A DNA stretch of 64,000 nucleotides. Origin: Octopus vulgaris. Taxonomy: Eukaryota. The notes beneath the pieces are model-generated. The model was not told where the DNA came from and made no database searches. It was given only the letters and a program-made list of their open reading frames with translations. Both the position numbers and the translations under genes were made by a program. The stretch covers positions 114,204,001 to 114,268,000 of the forward strand of contig OX597822.1 in NCBI GenBank assembly GCA_951406725.2, given 5' to 3'. This document shows, in pieces, positions 1 through 60,604 of this stretch. The first letter of the stretch is position 1, and every line of letters begins with the position of its first letter.

Positions 1-948
<948 letters not shown>

Positions 949-3067
949 GGGCATAGGAACGTTATTCCCAGAGACAGGAAAATACTTATGAGGCGAAGAG
1001 CTAAGCTCTCGAAGCAACTGAATGCACGGCAGAGAAACAATGAGGGACTCCACCTGAAACTTTTTGAAACGGAAACTGCACTCAAACTTTCCTATGAGAA
1101 GTTAGAGGGCAGAGAGAGAAGCCAGGGCCATAGAGAATATTAAAACAAACCCTAAAGCCTTCTTTAAATTTGCGAAAGAAACCACCTCGGTACACTGCAA
1201 GATTGGCCCACTCTTTGATAAAAAGGGCTCTCTAACTGAGGACCCCCAAGGGATAAGTGAAATACTAAAGGAACAGTATAAAAGTGTGTTCACATCCCCT
1301 CTGGGGCACATGCAAATCACAAACCCAGAAGTTTTCTTTGATGCCACAACACTCCAAAACCAAACAACAACCATCGACCACATAGACATAACAGAGAGGG
1401 ATGTAATATCTGCCATAGAAGAAATGAGAATAAACTCAGCTGCTGGACCAGATGGATTCCCAGCAGTCCTCCTAAAAGCATGCAGGCATGCCCTAGCGGG
1501 ACCACTCAAGAAGCTCTTCAGTGGTTCCTTGGCTAACGGTAAACTGCCCAGGGCGCTAAAAGAAGGCACCATATGCCCTATCCACAAAGGAGGGAGTAGA
1601 GCAGAGGCCAAAAACTACAGGCCAGTCTCCCTGACGTCACACATAAGTAAGGTCATGGAACGAATCATCAGAAAAAAACTGATCACGTTCCTCGAAGAAA
1701 CTAACCGTCTCACTGACACACAACATGGCTTTCGCCCAAGAAGAAGCTGCCTTACGCAGCTGTTACAACACTACGACTGGGTACTGAAACAACTACTGGA
1801 TCGCTCACAGGTGGATGTGGTATATCTCGACTTTGCGAAGGCCTTTGACAAAGTCGACCACGGAGTGATATGTCACAAATTACTCAGACTCGGCATAACA
1901 GGAAAAGTAGGTGAGTGGATACATGACTTCCTGAAGGACAGAAGCCAGATGGTTGCAGCCAATGGAGCCCTCTCGGGAAAGACACCAATAGCAAGCGGGG
2001 TGCCACAGGGCACAGTCTTGGGACCCTTGCTGTTTTTGGTGGCGCTCTCTGACATGCCCCTGGTAGCACAAACAACATCCCTCACTAGCTATGCTGATGA
2101 CACAAAGGTAGCACAGGCAATCAAAAACCCAGCTGATGCTGACCTTTTACAACAAGATCTGGATGCCATATACAAATGGGCTGAAGACAACAACATGCAA
2201 TTTAATGCTGGTAAATTTCAAGCCTTACAATCTCAAGCTGTAAACACATATACATTACAACACAACTATACTGGTCCAGGAGGGATCGAAATCCCAGTAT
2301 CGAAATCAATACGGGACCTGGGGATAGACATGAGTGACGATGCATCTTTTTCTTCACACATCGCGAAGGTGGCGACAATGTGCAGACGACTCACTGGCTG
2401 GATCCTGAAGACATTCCGGACAAGAGACTGCGAGACCATGTTGACACTATGGAGGACATTTGTCCTAAGCCGCCTGGACTACTGCTCCCAACTGTGGTCT
2501 CCGCATAGTGTCAAACTAACCACAGAGCTTGAGACAATCCAAAGACATTTCATCAAGAGGATTTCCACCATGAAAGAAAAGAACTATTGGGAGAGGCTTA
2601 GGGAACTCAATTTGTACTCCTTGGAACGAAGACGAGAGAGATATGCAGTGATATACATATGGAAAATCCAGGAGGGACTAGCACCAAATTTTGGAATTGA
2701 GAGCTGTTCCAATCCCCGTACAGGACGTCACTGTGTGGTGCCAAAGGTCCCGTCTTCCACATCCAGGGTAAGGAGCAGATACTGTAATAGCCTGGGGTTC
2801 AGGGGCCCTCAGCTGTTCAACAAACTGCCAAGAAAACTAAGAGATCTACATGATGCGGATGTGGACATTTTCAAAAAACATCTAGACAAGCTGGTTTCCG
2901 GGATCCCAGATGAACCCACTGCAAGGTACGAAGGTAACCTAAGGGCAGCAGCTACAAACTCTCTCTTAGATCAGTGGCCAGCCACGGCAAACTGGACTTA
3001 GAGAGGGTAGCAACAAGGGCGGTGCCCCAGCATGGCCTCAGCCGGATGGCTGAAACAAGTAAAAGAG
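949..3067 (+). mobile_element. CR1/L2-group LINE, 5'-truncated, RT-encoding frame open ~1105-3001
   Basis: NYRPVSLTS, QHGFR, YLDFAKAFD, GVPQGTVLGP, YADD, LYSLERRRERY; 3' tail GGTGCCCCAGCATGGCC...GAAACAAGTAAAAGAG; flanked by (TA)n. Confidence 0.95.
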
Positions 3068-3130
3068 TATATAATATATATATATATATTATATATATAT
3101 ATTATATATATATATTATATATATATATAT

Positions 3131-4120
3131 ATTATAATTAATTAATAAGGGTGAGAGAATTAGATACTAATTTAATAGTATATCTATTCAACACCAAGTG
3201 GCCTAGTGCTCCGAGAAACCTGGATTATTATAATATTTTATAATATATTATAATATTTTTACAAAATAAATATAAGAGAGTGGTCACTATATGGCTCACT
3301 CTAGCACCAGTTAACCCAAAAGGTTTCAACCACAAAAATACATGTTTCCCATGAAAGTCAGTACGATTGTTAGCTCACACGGACAGGCCAAATAAAAATA
3401 ACAAAAATACAGATTATTTTGGGACAATTGTTTTGCTATTAATGAATTAAATGTAATTTTACTTACAATCGTGAGCTAACAATCGTACTGACTTTCATGG
3501 GAAACATGTATTTTTGTGGTTGAAACCTTTTGGATTAACTGGTGCTAGAGTGAGCCATATAGTGACCACTCTCTTATATTTATTTTGTAAAAATATTATA
3601 ATATATTATAAAATATTATAATAATCCAGGTTTCTCGGAGCACTAGGCCACTTGGTGTTGAATAGATATACTATTAAATTAGTATCTAATTCTCTCACCC
3701 TTATTAATTAATTATAATTATGCTGCATTTATTTCTAAATGCTGTATTTGTTTTCCGTGAAAGTTTGGCGCGCTGTTAGTTGGGGCATTTGAATTATAAC
3801 GTCGGATGTAATCAATTGAACCACACGCGTATTTATCGTTATGGTAAAATCTGGCGTGTGATTGAGTGGATTTCATCCAGATAGTTTTGGCTGACGAGCT
3901 ACAAGTGGATTTTTTTGTAAGTAAAATTACATTTAATTCATTAATAGCGAAACAATTGTCCCAAAATAATCTGTATTTTTGTTATTTTTTATTTGCCCTG
4001 TCCGTGTGAGCTAACAATCGTACTGACTTTCATGGGAAACATGTATTTTTGTGGTTGAAACCTTTTGGATTAACTGGTGCTAGAGTGAGCCATATAGTGA
4101 CCACTCTCTTATATTTATTT
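3131..4120 (+). mobile_element. Penelope-like element remnant: inverted plus direct pseudo-LTR repeats
   Basis: 3131-3378 is the near-perfect reverse complement of 3471-3718; 3915-4120 repeats the unit again; contains a hammerhead motif. Confidence 0.75.
3885..3966 (+). ncRNA. Type I hammerhead ribozyme motif (intact core)
   Basis: ttttgg-CTGACGA-gcta..tagc-GAAA-caattg-TC-ccaaaa. Confidence 0.85.
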
Positions 4121-4595
<475 letters not shown>

Positions 4596-5506
4596 CTGGC
4601 TGTTATCCAATGGGCAGAAAAAAATATGCTGCTGAACGAGGATAAATTTGAGCTAATCCACTTTGGAAAAGAGGATGCCCTGAAACTCCCATACTCCCTT
4701 CCTTCAGGTGAAACTCTCGCGGCGTCCAACAACATCAGAGACTTGGGAGTAATTGTGGACAACAACATAAGCTGGGCCACTCATATAAACACCAAAGTTG
4801 ACATGGCCCGCAGAATGTGTTCCTGGATTCTCAGAACTTTCCAGTCGAGAGATATCCACACCATTATCCTTCTCTTCTCCACTTTTGCCCGACCCCACCT
4901 TGAATACTGTTGTCCACTGTGGTCTCCCCACACAATACAAGGTATCATAAAAGTTGAAGCACCTCAAAGGGCAATCACAAAAAAGATAGATGGCATGACA
5001 GGCCTCGACTATTGGGGTCGACTAGAAAAGCTAAAACTCTATTCTCTCCAACGTCGTCGTGAGCGCTACATCATCTGCATGATGTGGAAAATATTCCATC
5101 AGCATTGCCCAAATGATGTTGGCATCACCTTTAAGGTACATCCAAGGCTTGGGCCCCGTGCCATCCGCCCAAAACAAAAACCGCACTCTCATCTCATAAC
5201 AACAATACGGCACAATTATTTCACCTCAATTGGCCCCGCTCTCTTTAACATTACACCAAAACACATTAAAACAGAAACTGACCCTACAGGGTTCAAGAAG
5301 TCTTTGGACAGATTCCTTCAAGAAATCCCGGATAAACCCCCTACACCCGGATATGTCTCTGTAAACAATAACTCTCTACTTGAGTGGGCCATAGTGCCCA
5401 AATTCTGACTTGAAAGACTTCACCAGGTGGTGCTATTAAGTTAGACATGGCCTGGGCCAATAATGGCCGAAACCTATCAAAGTATCAAAGTATCAAAGTA
5501 TCAAAG
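4596..5506 (+). mobile_element. CR1-group LINE 3' fragment (RT C-terminus) with (TATCAAAG)4 tail
   Basis: ORF 4626-5408 has RDLGV, RPHLEYC, LYSLQRRRERY; closely related to the 3' part of the LINE at 55953-59687. Confidence 0.93.
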
Positions 5507-5634
5507 TATATATATTATATATATAACCTATATATATATATATATATATTATATTATATATATAATATATATATATATAGTATATATATATATAGTATCA
5601 AAGTATATATATTATATATATATAATATATATAT

Positions 5635-5681
<47 letters not shown>

Positions 5682-5709
5682 TATATATATTATATATATA
5701 TTATTTATA

Positions 5710-5802
<93 letters not shown>

Positions 5803-5886
5803 TATATATATATTATATATATAAAATATATATATTATATATATATAATATATATAATATATATATTATATATATAATATATATAT

Positions 5887-5931
<45 letters not shown>

Positions 5932-5993
5932 TATATATATATTATATATATATAATATATATATTATATATATAATATATATATATATTATAT

Positions 5994-6024
<31 letters not shown>

Positions 6025-6065
6025 TATTATATATATATATATTATATATATATATATATTATATA

Positions 6066-6104
<39 letters not shown>

Positions 6105-6204
6105 TATATATATATATTATATATATATATATATTATATATATATATATATTATATATATATTATATATATATAATATATATATTATATATATATATATA
6201 TTAT
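5507..6204. repeat. Degenerate (TA)n tract
   Basis: Seen directly. Confidence 0.97.
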
Positions 6205-6206
6205 AC

Positions 6207-6920
6207 GTATTTATTGCCAAACTAATGAGGCAGTCCATAGATATAGGAGGAATTCTGCTGTTGATTAGCTCAGATCGCCTCTAGCTAGCTATATAACGCA
6301 CAAATCTGCGTCCATAAACCTTCGAACAGGATAGGTCATCAACTTCCCTCTGCTGGCTTGGCATCAACAGACTGGTATCGGGGTAGTTGCTCCCTATCAA
6401 CGTGGAGCAGCCGAGGCCAGCATGGATCACTGTGGACCTCTGTTAAGTATTCGTTCTATTTCACTGGACTCCCAAGTTAGTTTGGCAATATATATTAATT
6501 CCTCTTACTGCTGAGATTTAGAAATTATAACATTTCTATTTCTGAAAGTCGGGGAATGTGTTTCACTGAATAGAATCTTCAAACAGAGGTCAAAAGTGGC
6601 CCCTACTGAACTCGGATGCTCCACATTGATAAAGAGCAATTACCCCGAAACCGGTCAGTGAGTGTGAAACCAGCAGAGGGAAATCGATGACTTCCCCTCT
6701 TCGAAGGTTTATGCACGCAGATTTGTGCGTCATGTAGCTAGTTAGATGCGATCCCTTCTCGGAGCTCATCAACAGCAGCATTCGTCCTACTTCTCTAGAC
6801 TACCACGTTTGTTTGTCAATAAATATTAATACCCAGTACTGCTGTTGTATCTCTACTTTAGAGAGATTTAGAAATCATAACATTTCTACTTTTGAATATC
6901 AGTGAAAGTTTCATTGAATA
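6207..6920. mobile_element. Old Penelope-like pLTR arrangement (diverged inverted and direct repeats)
   Basis: 6210-6417 is a diverged inverse of 6611-6825; 6506-6572 repeats at 6837-6920; degenerate hammerhead at 6622-6660. Confidence 0.5.
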
Positions 6921-7638
6921 CACACCCACACACACACACACACACACACATATTAGGAGAGATATTAGCAGAGATAACCGGGATTAAAATGGATTTCAGT
7001 CATGTGACTGCGGCCAAGCTGCAGCATCACCTTTAGTCAAACAAATCAACTCTTTGTACTTATTCTGTCGGTATTTTGCCAACTGCCAAGTATATATGTG
7101 TGTATATATATATATATATGTATATATATGTGTGTGTGTGTGTGTGTATGTAGTTTCTCCTGATGACCCCACAAGCCTGTAAGTTTCCAGTATTATCAGT
7201 GTCTTTTTGCGAACCGCTAGGTTATGGCGAGGTAATCACAGCAACATCAGTTGTCAGAAAATTTTAATGACATTCACAGATTTTATAAAGGAGTTCATTC
7301 TACAAAAACATAAATCACCAGTTCAGAATTATTTCCCTTTATTTGAGTTCTTCCACAATTTTCGCTCTTTTTTGTGAGTGCAAAATACAAATAGAAAAGG
7401 CCATCAAATAGCTTCCATAATAATCTCAGTTGAATTTCTAACGACTGAAATAATTGTAAATGAAAGTCGTAACATGCTCTTATAGTCTTCATTACTAATT
7501 TTCTTTAAATATCTCACATGTATTGATTCCAACCTTAACACTTTTACATTTGGTTTACACCACAAAGTGTTTATTTCCTCTTATTCTTATACATTACATA
7601 TTTGGTTCCTAAGTACGGATATTTTTTGTATTGTATAG

Positions 7639-53430
<45,792 letters not shown>

Positions 53431-54780
53431 CTAAAAATATGAAAAACAAATGGCTTTGAAAACCTCATTTTCCTCTATACATATTTCTATACAAAAGAAC
53501 TTTATTTTTATCTATCAATACAACACTATGAAACTGAGAGACTGTATAAAGCACAATGTGATTTAAACACGGTTTAGTACCCTTTCCTTTATGTTTAACA
53601 CGCAAAATCTAAAATCATATGGTTTGATTTGTAATTCTATAGATGTTTTCTAGCTGCCAATTTCACTTTTAATTTTCAGTATAATCTTCAGTTTTTCTTA
53701 ATGAAGTAGTAAATGTGTTTTGTTTGTACAATCTATTTTTCTTTTAGTTGAAGCATCGCAATATTGCAATCTTAGTTCAAATCGTGTCTGAGTAAGGGAG
53801 AGGGAGAGAGAGAGAGAGACATTGATTATTTGATCAGTTACTAATTACTCCTCTAAAAATGTGCATTATGGTTATTAGCTGATTAGATTTATAATCCGTT
53901 ATCTAATTATTATTATTATTATTATTATCAGGTCTCTCACTTGTCATTGTCTTACTTAATCTGATAATAAACATTTCACAAACCACTGCGTTTACAACCA
54001 GAGAAATGTATGTATTTCTGCCTCTTAACTTGTATTCTCTTTAAAGATTAACACAAACATTTGTATTCGCATCCCGGACTGACTACATTGAATCAATCAG
54101 GAGTTTGGTACCAAATAATTTCAAAAACTTACATAACATCTAATTACCATTGATGATTCGTTGAGAGAAATAAACAAAAGTTTATAATAAATTGCTTATG
54201 TTTACACATCCTGTTGCTTATAATTATATCCGTACAAGTGTGGGTTAGAATTTCTCCATATAACATGACAGGGCAATAATTGAAAATTCAACCAACTTTA
54301 CCTTATTTTCGTTTCATTAAGAATATTCGCAAAGATGGATGAGATGGGAACTCAGAAATCTGTGACTTGAAAGTGATATGAAATATATGACATACATATC
54401 CAGCCCATACCAGTGTGGAGAATTAACATAAAACACTTTGATGATACTAATAATGATGACACGCAACTTAACATTCACCTCAAATACAAAAAACATAAAT
54501 GGATCATGATTATAAAAGAAAGAAATGATAAAATTATATAAATTAAGAAAACTTAGTGGAAATTCCATAGGTTTCGCAACTGAACATAACTTATAAACAT
54601 CTTTTTCAATTCAAACTCTTTCTTCCCAAATATAACTTACTTAGCATAATATGCCCAGTAATTTAAAAAAAGGCTCAATATAAATTTTCTTTGATGAATA
54701 AGTATTGTTTAAGTTAAAATACACAGAGAAAAATAACTAAGGAAAAAACTTATTCAGACTTCACAGGGCTAAACTATCAT

Positions 54781-54965
54781 TTATTACATCCGCCTTAGCG
54801 AAGGCGGAGATATTGTTTTCAGATGTAGTTGTTTGTCCGTGGACAAGATATCACAAGAACCCTGGGATGGATTCGACGAAAGGTTCAGGTATGTTTGTCC
54901 TGACAAGCACTAACTGATTAGATCTTGGAAGTTACCCGGTACCGGACAAGAATTTTGGGTTATTC
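54781..54965 (+). mobile_element. Helentron-associated (DINE-1/HINE-like) fragment
   Basis: TTATTACATCCGCC start, hairpin TCCGCCTT-AGCG-AAGGCGGA, GTTTGTCCGT, GGATGGATTCGACGAAA. Confidence 0.5.
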
Positions 54966-55009
54966 GTTACATTTACTTTACATAATTACGATCTTAAGTC
55001 AACATTCAA

Positions 55010-55480
55010 CTGTTTCCTAATTATCTCCCTTTAGGCTGTAACTATTTTCAGTGATATGTTTTTTTTTCTCCAGTATGAATATGTTTGTGTAAAGTTACTT
55101 TACTACTTGTTGGGAACGATTTCGCATAAACATCGTATTGGAATGGTCTCTCTCCTGTATCAATTCCTTTTGAATAGTTAAAATAGTCATTTGTTAGAAT
55201 GATTTACCACAGACATCATATAGATATTGGTTTCTTTCCGCTGTATGAGTGCATTTGTGTTTAGTCAGGCCACAATTTCTAGAGAAAGATTTCCCAGAGA
55301 CACCACAATGGTATGGTTTCGCTCTCCGATGAATGAATTTATTCTTAGTTAAATGGCTTCTTACAGAGAAAGGTTTACCACAAACAGAACACTAATATCG
55401 TTTCTCGTCTGTAAACGGATTTACCACAGATATTAAAATGATAAGGCTTCTCTCCCGTATGAATCTATGTGTATTTACTT
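55010..55480 (-). pseudogene. Decayed tandem C2H2 zinc-finger array
   Basis: ~84 bp period: IHTGEKPYHFNICGKS, EKRY*CSVCGKPFS, PYHCGVSGKSFS, DVCGKSF, TGERPFQYDVYAKSF, KHIHTGEK; stops and frameshifts. Confidence 0.8.
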
Positions 55481-55802
55481 AGTGCCCTGAGTTTCAAACT
55501 GGTATGAGCCCATACGAAACTTAGCAACGACGAGAAAGTTTTAGTAAGTACGAATGAAGATATATAATAAATCTCTGAGCGAGGTATAAACAGTAGCTGC
55601 ACGACATCGTGAAGTATATTTGTCACATAAATATGGCTAACCCTTAAAGATGGCTTCCCTTTGCAAATACAGATAGGGCACAGAAAGTGCGTCAATAGCC
55701 AGCTGGAGGAGGTGTCCTCCTAGGGCTACAAGCTACAGTAGCATCCACCCTTAAGGGTTAGGCACATTTAAGTGACAAATATACTTCACGATACATATAT
55801 TT

Positions 55803-55854
<52 letters not shown>

Positions 55855-55952
55855 TGTTTGTATGTATAAAAAATAAATATATATATATACATAAATATAC
55901 ATATGTACATAGATATATATATACATATATATACATATATATATATATATAT

Positions 55953-58900
55953 CACTACTGCCAGAATAGAAAAACCACTACTACAACCAAATAAGATCCC
56001 CTGCCGTTACTATTCTAAAGGCAATTGTAGATTTGGCCCCAGCGGCACAAACAACAATGGACGCTGTGCTTTTTCCCATCCGACCTTATGTCGTAGACTT
56101 GTTATGGGCACCTGTCCATACGGGATAACAGGAAAAAATTGCCCCCACCTCCACCCCAAATACTGTCCTAAATACAGAATCTATGGTTCTGATCCTAAAT
56201 ACGGATGCATAAAAGGCAATGGATGCACCTTATTCCATCCTAAACTGTGCCAAACTTCTGTCTCACAAAGGATGTGCCTGAACCCAGAATGCAACCACCA
56301 CCATCTGAAGGGCACAAAACGATCACAGAATAAATATAAACAGGAACAGAGGAAATCTAGGACAACAACAAGAACAAAATACAACCACGTCTCCCCTCCT
56401 ACAATCAAACAACGTAGACAGAACCATGAAAAAACACCAAATAACGCCAACATGAAATATGTATCCTCTGACCAAGTGGCAAACCAAACAAGTAACTCTT
56501 TTTTACTGACATACCTAGAAAATATGAAGGCCGACCTAAGCCAGGAGATCCAGCGAGCTATCACCAACCATCTATGCAAATCACAAGGACCACTCACCCA
56601 TTACCAACTTCCCTTACCTCGACATTCCTGTTAAATGTACGTGGCATCAACCCATCAATTATTGCCCAAAAATGGAAGATCCCATATATAGAGAGTTGGC
56701 TTGCCGAAATGGCACATTGCTTCCCTTTCTTTATCCTTACCGAGACTCACCTGAACAACACCCATATGGACGCAGAGGTGAAAATAAAAGATTTCACCAT
56801 TGTTCGTGCGGATCGCACAGACCGAAATAAGGGAGGGACAGCCATCTTTATCCATGACTCCTTTTCACTTGATGCCAAGGACATATTTTCCAATTGCTAC
56901 TGTGAATCGGTATCACTATACAACAAAGCCAAGGACATAACCATTGTTGGTCTTTACAGGCCTCCCCAGGCACCTCTAAAGTACTTTGAAGAGTGCCTTA
57001 GCAAAGTCAAGTCTTTCCTTCGGAAGTACCACTCCGGAAACATACTAGTGATGGGTGATTTTAACCTCCCTCATGTGAACTGGCCCACAAATACTCTGAA
57101 GTTAGGCAAGTGCTCTACATCAGATAGAGCAGCAGCAGAACTGCTCTTTAATCTGATGGATGAGTATTTCCTGACTCAGCTAGTGCTTGAACCAACGAGA
57201 CAGAATAAAACGATCTTGGATCTGGTATTGACCAACCACTCTAGCTACGTTCACAGTATTTCAGTCGAAAAAACTCTCCTCTCAGACCACGACATGGTAC
57301 TCTGCAATCTTAATTCCCGACATATAAGAACCAAACCAGCCAATCCCACTCCATGGCACCCATTTGACAACATAAACTTCCACAAAGCGGACTGGGGAAC
57401 AATCAGAAAGAATCTGTCTTCCATTGACTGGTCTTTTACTCTCAATTCCCCTCATATTGAGACCGCGTGGCAGCACTTTGAAAACATTGTCACCTATACA
57501 TGCTCTAAACACGCTCCCAAGAAATCTAGTAACACAAACAGAAACCGGCTCCCTAAAAAGAAAAAAACACTCATCAGGCGCATCAAAAGACTCAACAAAA
57601 AAATCAACCAATTAAAATATTCCCACACACAACATCCACATTCAACAACAATGAAAAGACTAGAGCTGGAAAAACTTCATCTGCAGACCAACATGAAAAC
57701 CTCCATTGAAAGGAACAATGGGTAATCAAAAACATCAAACAGAACCCAAAAGTGTTCTATTCTTATGCAAATAAGCATAGAACCACTGTCTCACCCATTG
57801 GGCCATTGATTGATGAAAACGGCATTCCCCAACACGATGCTAAAGAAATGGCAGAAATACTGCAGAAACGATCCTGCTCTGTCTTTAGTGTTCCCACTGA
57901 TATTGACGTAAGGGAAACGAACAAAGTTGACTCCCAACACAAAATCTCAGACATAACCTTCACTGCCACCGACATCGTAGCAGCAATAAATGAGGTCAAA
58001 CATTACTCTGCTGTAGGCCCTGATAGATTTCCCGCTAGTCTCCTGAAGGAATGTAGATACCAACTTGCAGTCCCTCTAACCAACCTCTGGAGAAATTCGT
58101 TAGACGCAGGTTATATACCGGAACAGTTTCCATCCCAGTCGGTCATCCCGGTTTTCAAACAGGGAAACTGATCCCTCGCAGTCAACTATCGCCCAATCTC
58201 ACTCACCTCCCACATCATTAAAATGTTTGAAAGAGTGTTAAGATCAAGGATAGCTGACTTCCTGGAGACCCACAAACTCCTAAATGCAAATCAGCATGGC
58301 TTTCGCTGTGGCAGGGACTGTCTAACACAGCTCTTACACCACATTGAAGATGTACTCAAAGCCTTGGGAACAGGTTCGAACTCTAACGTCATATATCTTG
58401 ACTTCAGTAAAGCGTTCGACAGGGTAGACCATAACAGCCTACTCTCAAAATTGGCAAACGTTGGAATCCGTGGGAAAGTTCTACACTGGATTCAGCATTT
58501 CCTGGCGAATAGAACACAACATTGTAGTTTATGGAGTCCACTCAAACCCAGCAAAAGTCACCAGCGGTGTTCCCCAGGGAACTGTTTTGGGTCCGCTACT
58601 CTTCATAATTTACGTAAACGACCTTTCCAGTGTCGTACATTACTGCAAAGTGAAAATATTTGCTGATGACACTAAGCTCCAGCAAATCGTCAATGAAGAA
58701 GCAGACCGAACTCAACTCCAGTCTGATCTATATGCTGTGAGTCAATGGGCAGACAGAAACAAAATGCAACTGAATGAGGGAAAATTTGAGCTGATGCATT
58801 TTGGAAGAAATTCCTCACTAAAACAACCATACTCTCTTCCTTCAGGGGAACCGCTCACAGCCTCTAACAATATCAGAGACCTGGGTGTAATTGTTGATGA

Positions 58901-59687
58901 CGATCTCAGTTGGAGTGCACACATCAACAAGAAGGTCGATATAGCTCGTAGGATGAGTTCCTGGATCTTAAGAACTTTCCGGTCCAGAGAACAAGGTGTC
59001 ATCATACCACTTTTTCCTCCTTTGTCCGGCCACACCTTGAATACTGCTGCCCACTGTGGTCTCCTCACACAAGACAAAACATCTCCAGAATTGAGTCACC
59101 CCAGAGGCACCCACTAAACAAATTGAAGGCATGGCTGCTCTCGATTATTGGGATCGCCTTAAAGCCTTGAAACTTTACTCCCTCCAGCGTCGCCGTGAGC
59201 GGTACATCATTTGTACGATGTGGAAAATATACCGCCAACTTTGCCCAAACGACCTAAACATTAGCTTCAAGGTTCATCCAAGACTTGGACCACGGGCTAT
59301 ACGTCCCCTGCCCAATTCAAGATCACAACATACATGTACACTGCAACATAATTTCTTTTCCTCAACAGGCCCTGCCCTATTTAACATTGTCCTGAGGGAG
59401 ATCAAAGAGGAAAAGGATCCCACCAACTTTAAACAGAGTCTGGATAGATTCCTTCAAAGAATACCAGATAAGCCACCCATAATTGGATACAACTCACCCA
59501 ACAAGAACTCACTACTTGAACAAAACTGGATACAACTCACCCAACAAGAACTCACTACTTGAACAAAGCTTGACTTAAACAAAACTTGACTTAAACAGGA
59601 TTCGAATAATCCTATCAGGTGGTGCTATTAAGTTAGACATGGCCTGGACCAATCTTTGGTCGAAACATATCTAAGTTTATCTAAGTT
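55953..59687 (+). mobile_element. Near full-length CR1-group LINE: CCCH zinc-finger ORF1, APE endonuclease + RT ORF2 (frameshifted)
   Basis: ORF1 55953-56634 with 4 Cys/His repeats; EN motifs NVRG, LTETHL, YRPP, GDFN, LDL, SDH; RT motifs QHGFR, YLDFSKAFD, GVPQG, FADD; tail (TATCTAAGTT)2; flanked by (TA)n. Confidence 0.95.
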
Positions 59688-59877
59688 TATATATATATAT
59701 ATAATTCTTAGGAAATATATATAACTGCTAAAAAGAAGTGCTATGGTCGAATCTGATACAAAAGATAGGAATTAAGATATAAACTGAACTTAGGCAATCA
59801 TATTCATGCATTTATAAATTCGACTTAAAATGCGTATATATTTTTTAATACATATCGAAACATATTTCATGTATGTT

Positions 59878-59989
<112 letters not shown>

Positions 59990-60508
59990 TGTGTGTCTGT
60001 GTGTGTGAATTATGACTATTATAATTTAATAATGTATATATAGAACTCCCTTGTTGACCACGTATCAGACGGGTTTCACATACTAATGTAGCACAATCAA
60101 CGGTAGTGTCCCAGCATGGCCACAGCTTTCGGGATGAAACAATTTTAAGGATTTATATATATATATATATATAGGGAGATGAGAATGTCTGTCTGTCTGT
60201 GTGAATCCGTAAAACTTGAGAACTACACAACAAAATTCATTCACATTTTACACATGCCTTACTTAGAGTCCATGTAGTATCATAGGCCCAAAAATGTTTA
60301 ACTTCTTGGCTAGTGCGCGCCCACATGAAAAGCATATATTCTCCACTATTTAAGTATTACGTTTCAAAAGTGTAACATCTCTCTATTGTAAGGTCAGATA
60401 TATTAACTGTAATAGTTTCACTTCAATACTGAACCTATTAAAGCGAATCTATTATCTCACATATATACAGGAATACATACATATACACATACATACTTAT
60501 ATACATAC

Positions 60509-60604
<96 letters not shown>

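Noticed and set aside
1102-1611. Antisense ORFs over LINE RT regions
   Set aside because: Shadow frames of retroelement coding sequence
55465-55695. ORF with CPIC motif
   Set aside because: Single CxxC, no domain context or splice support
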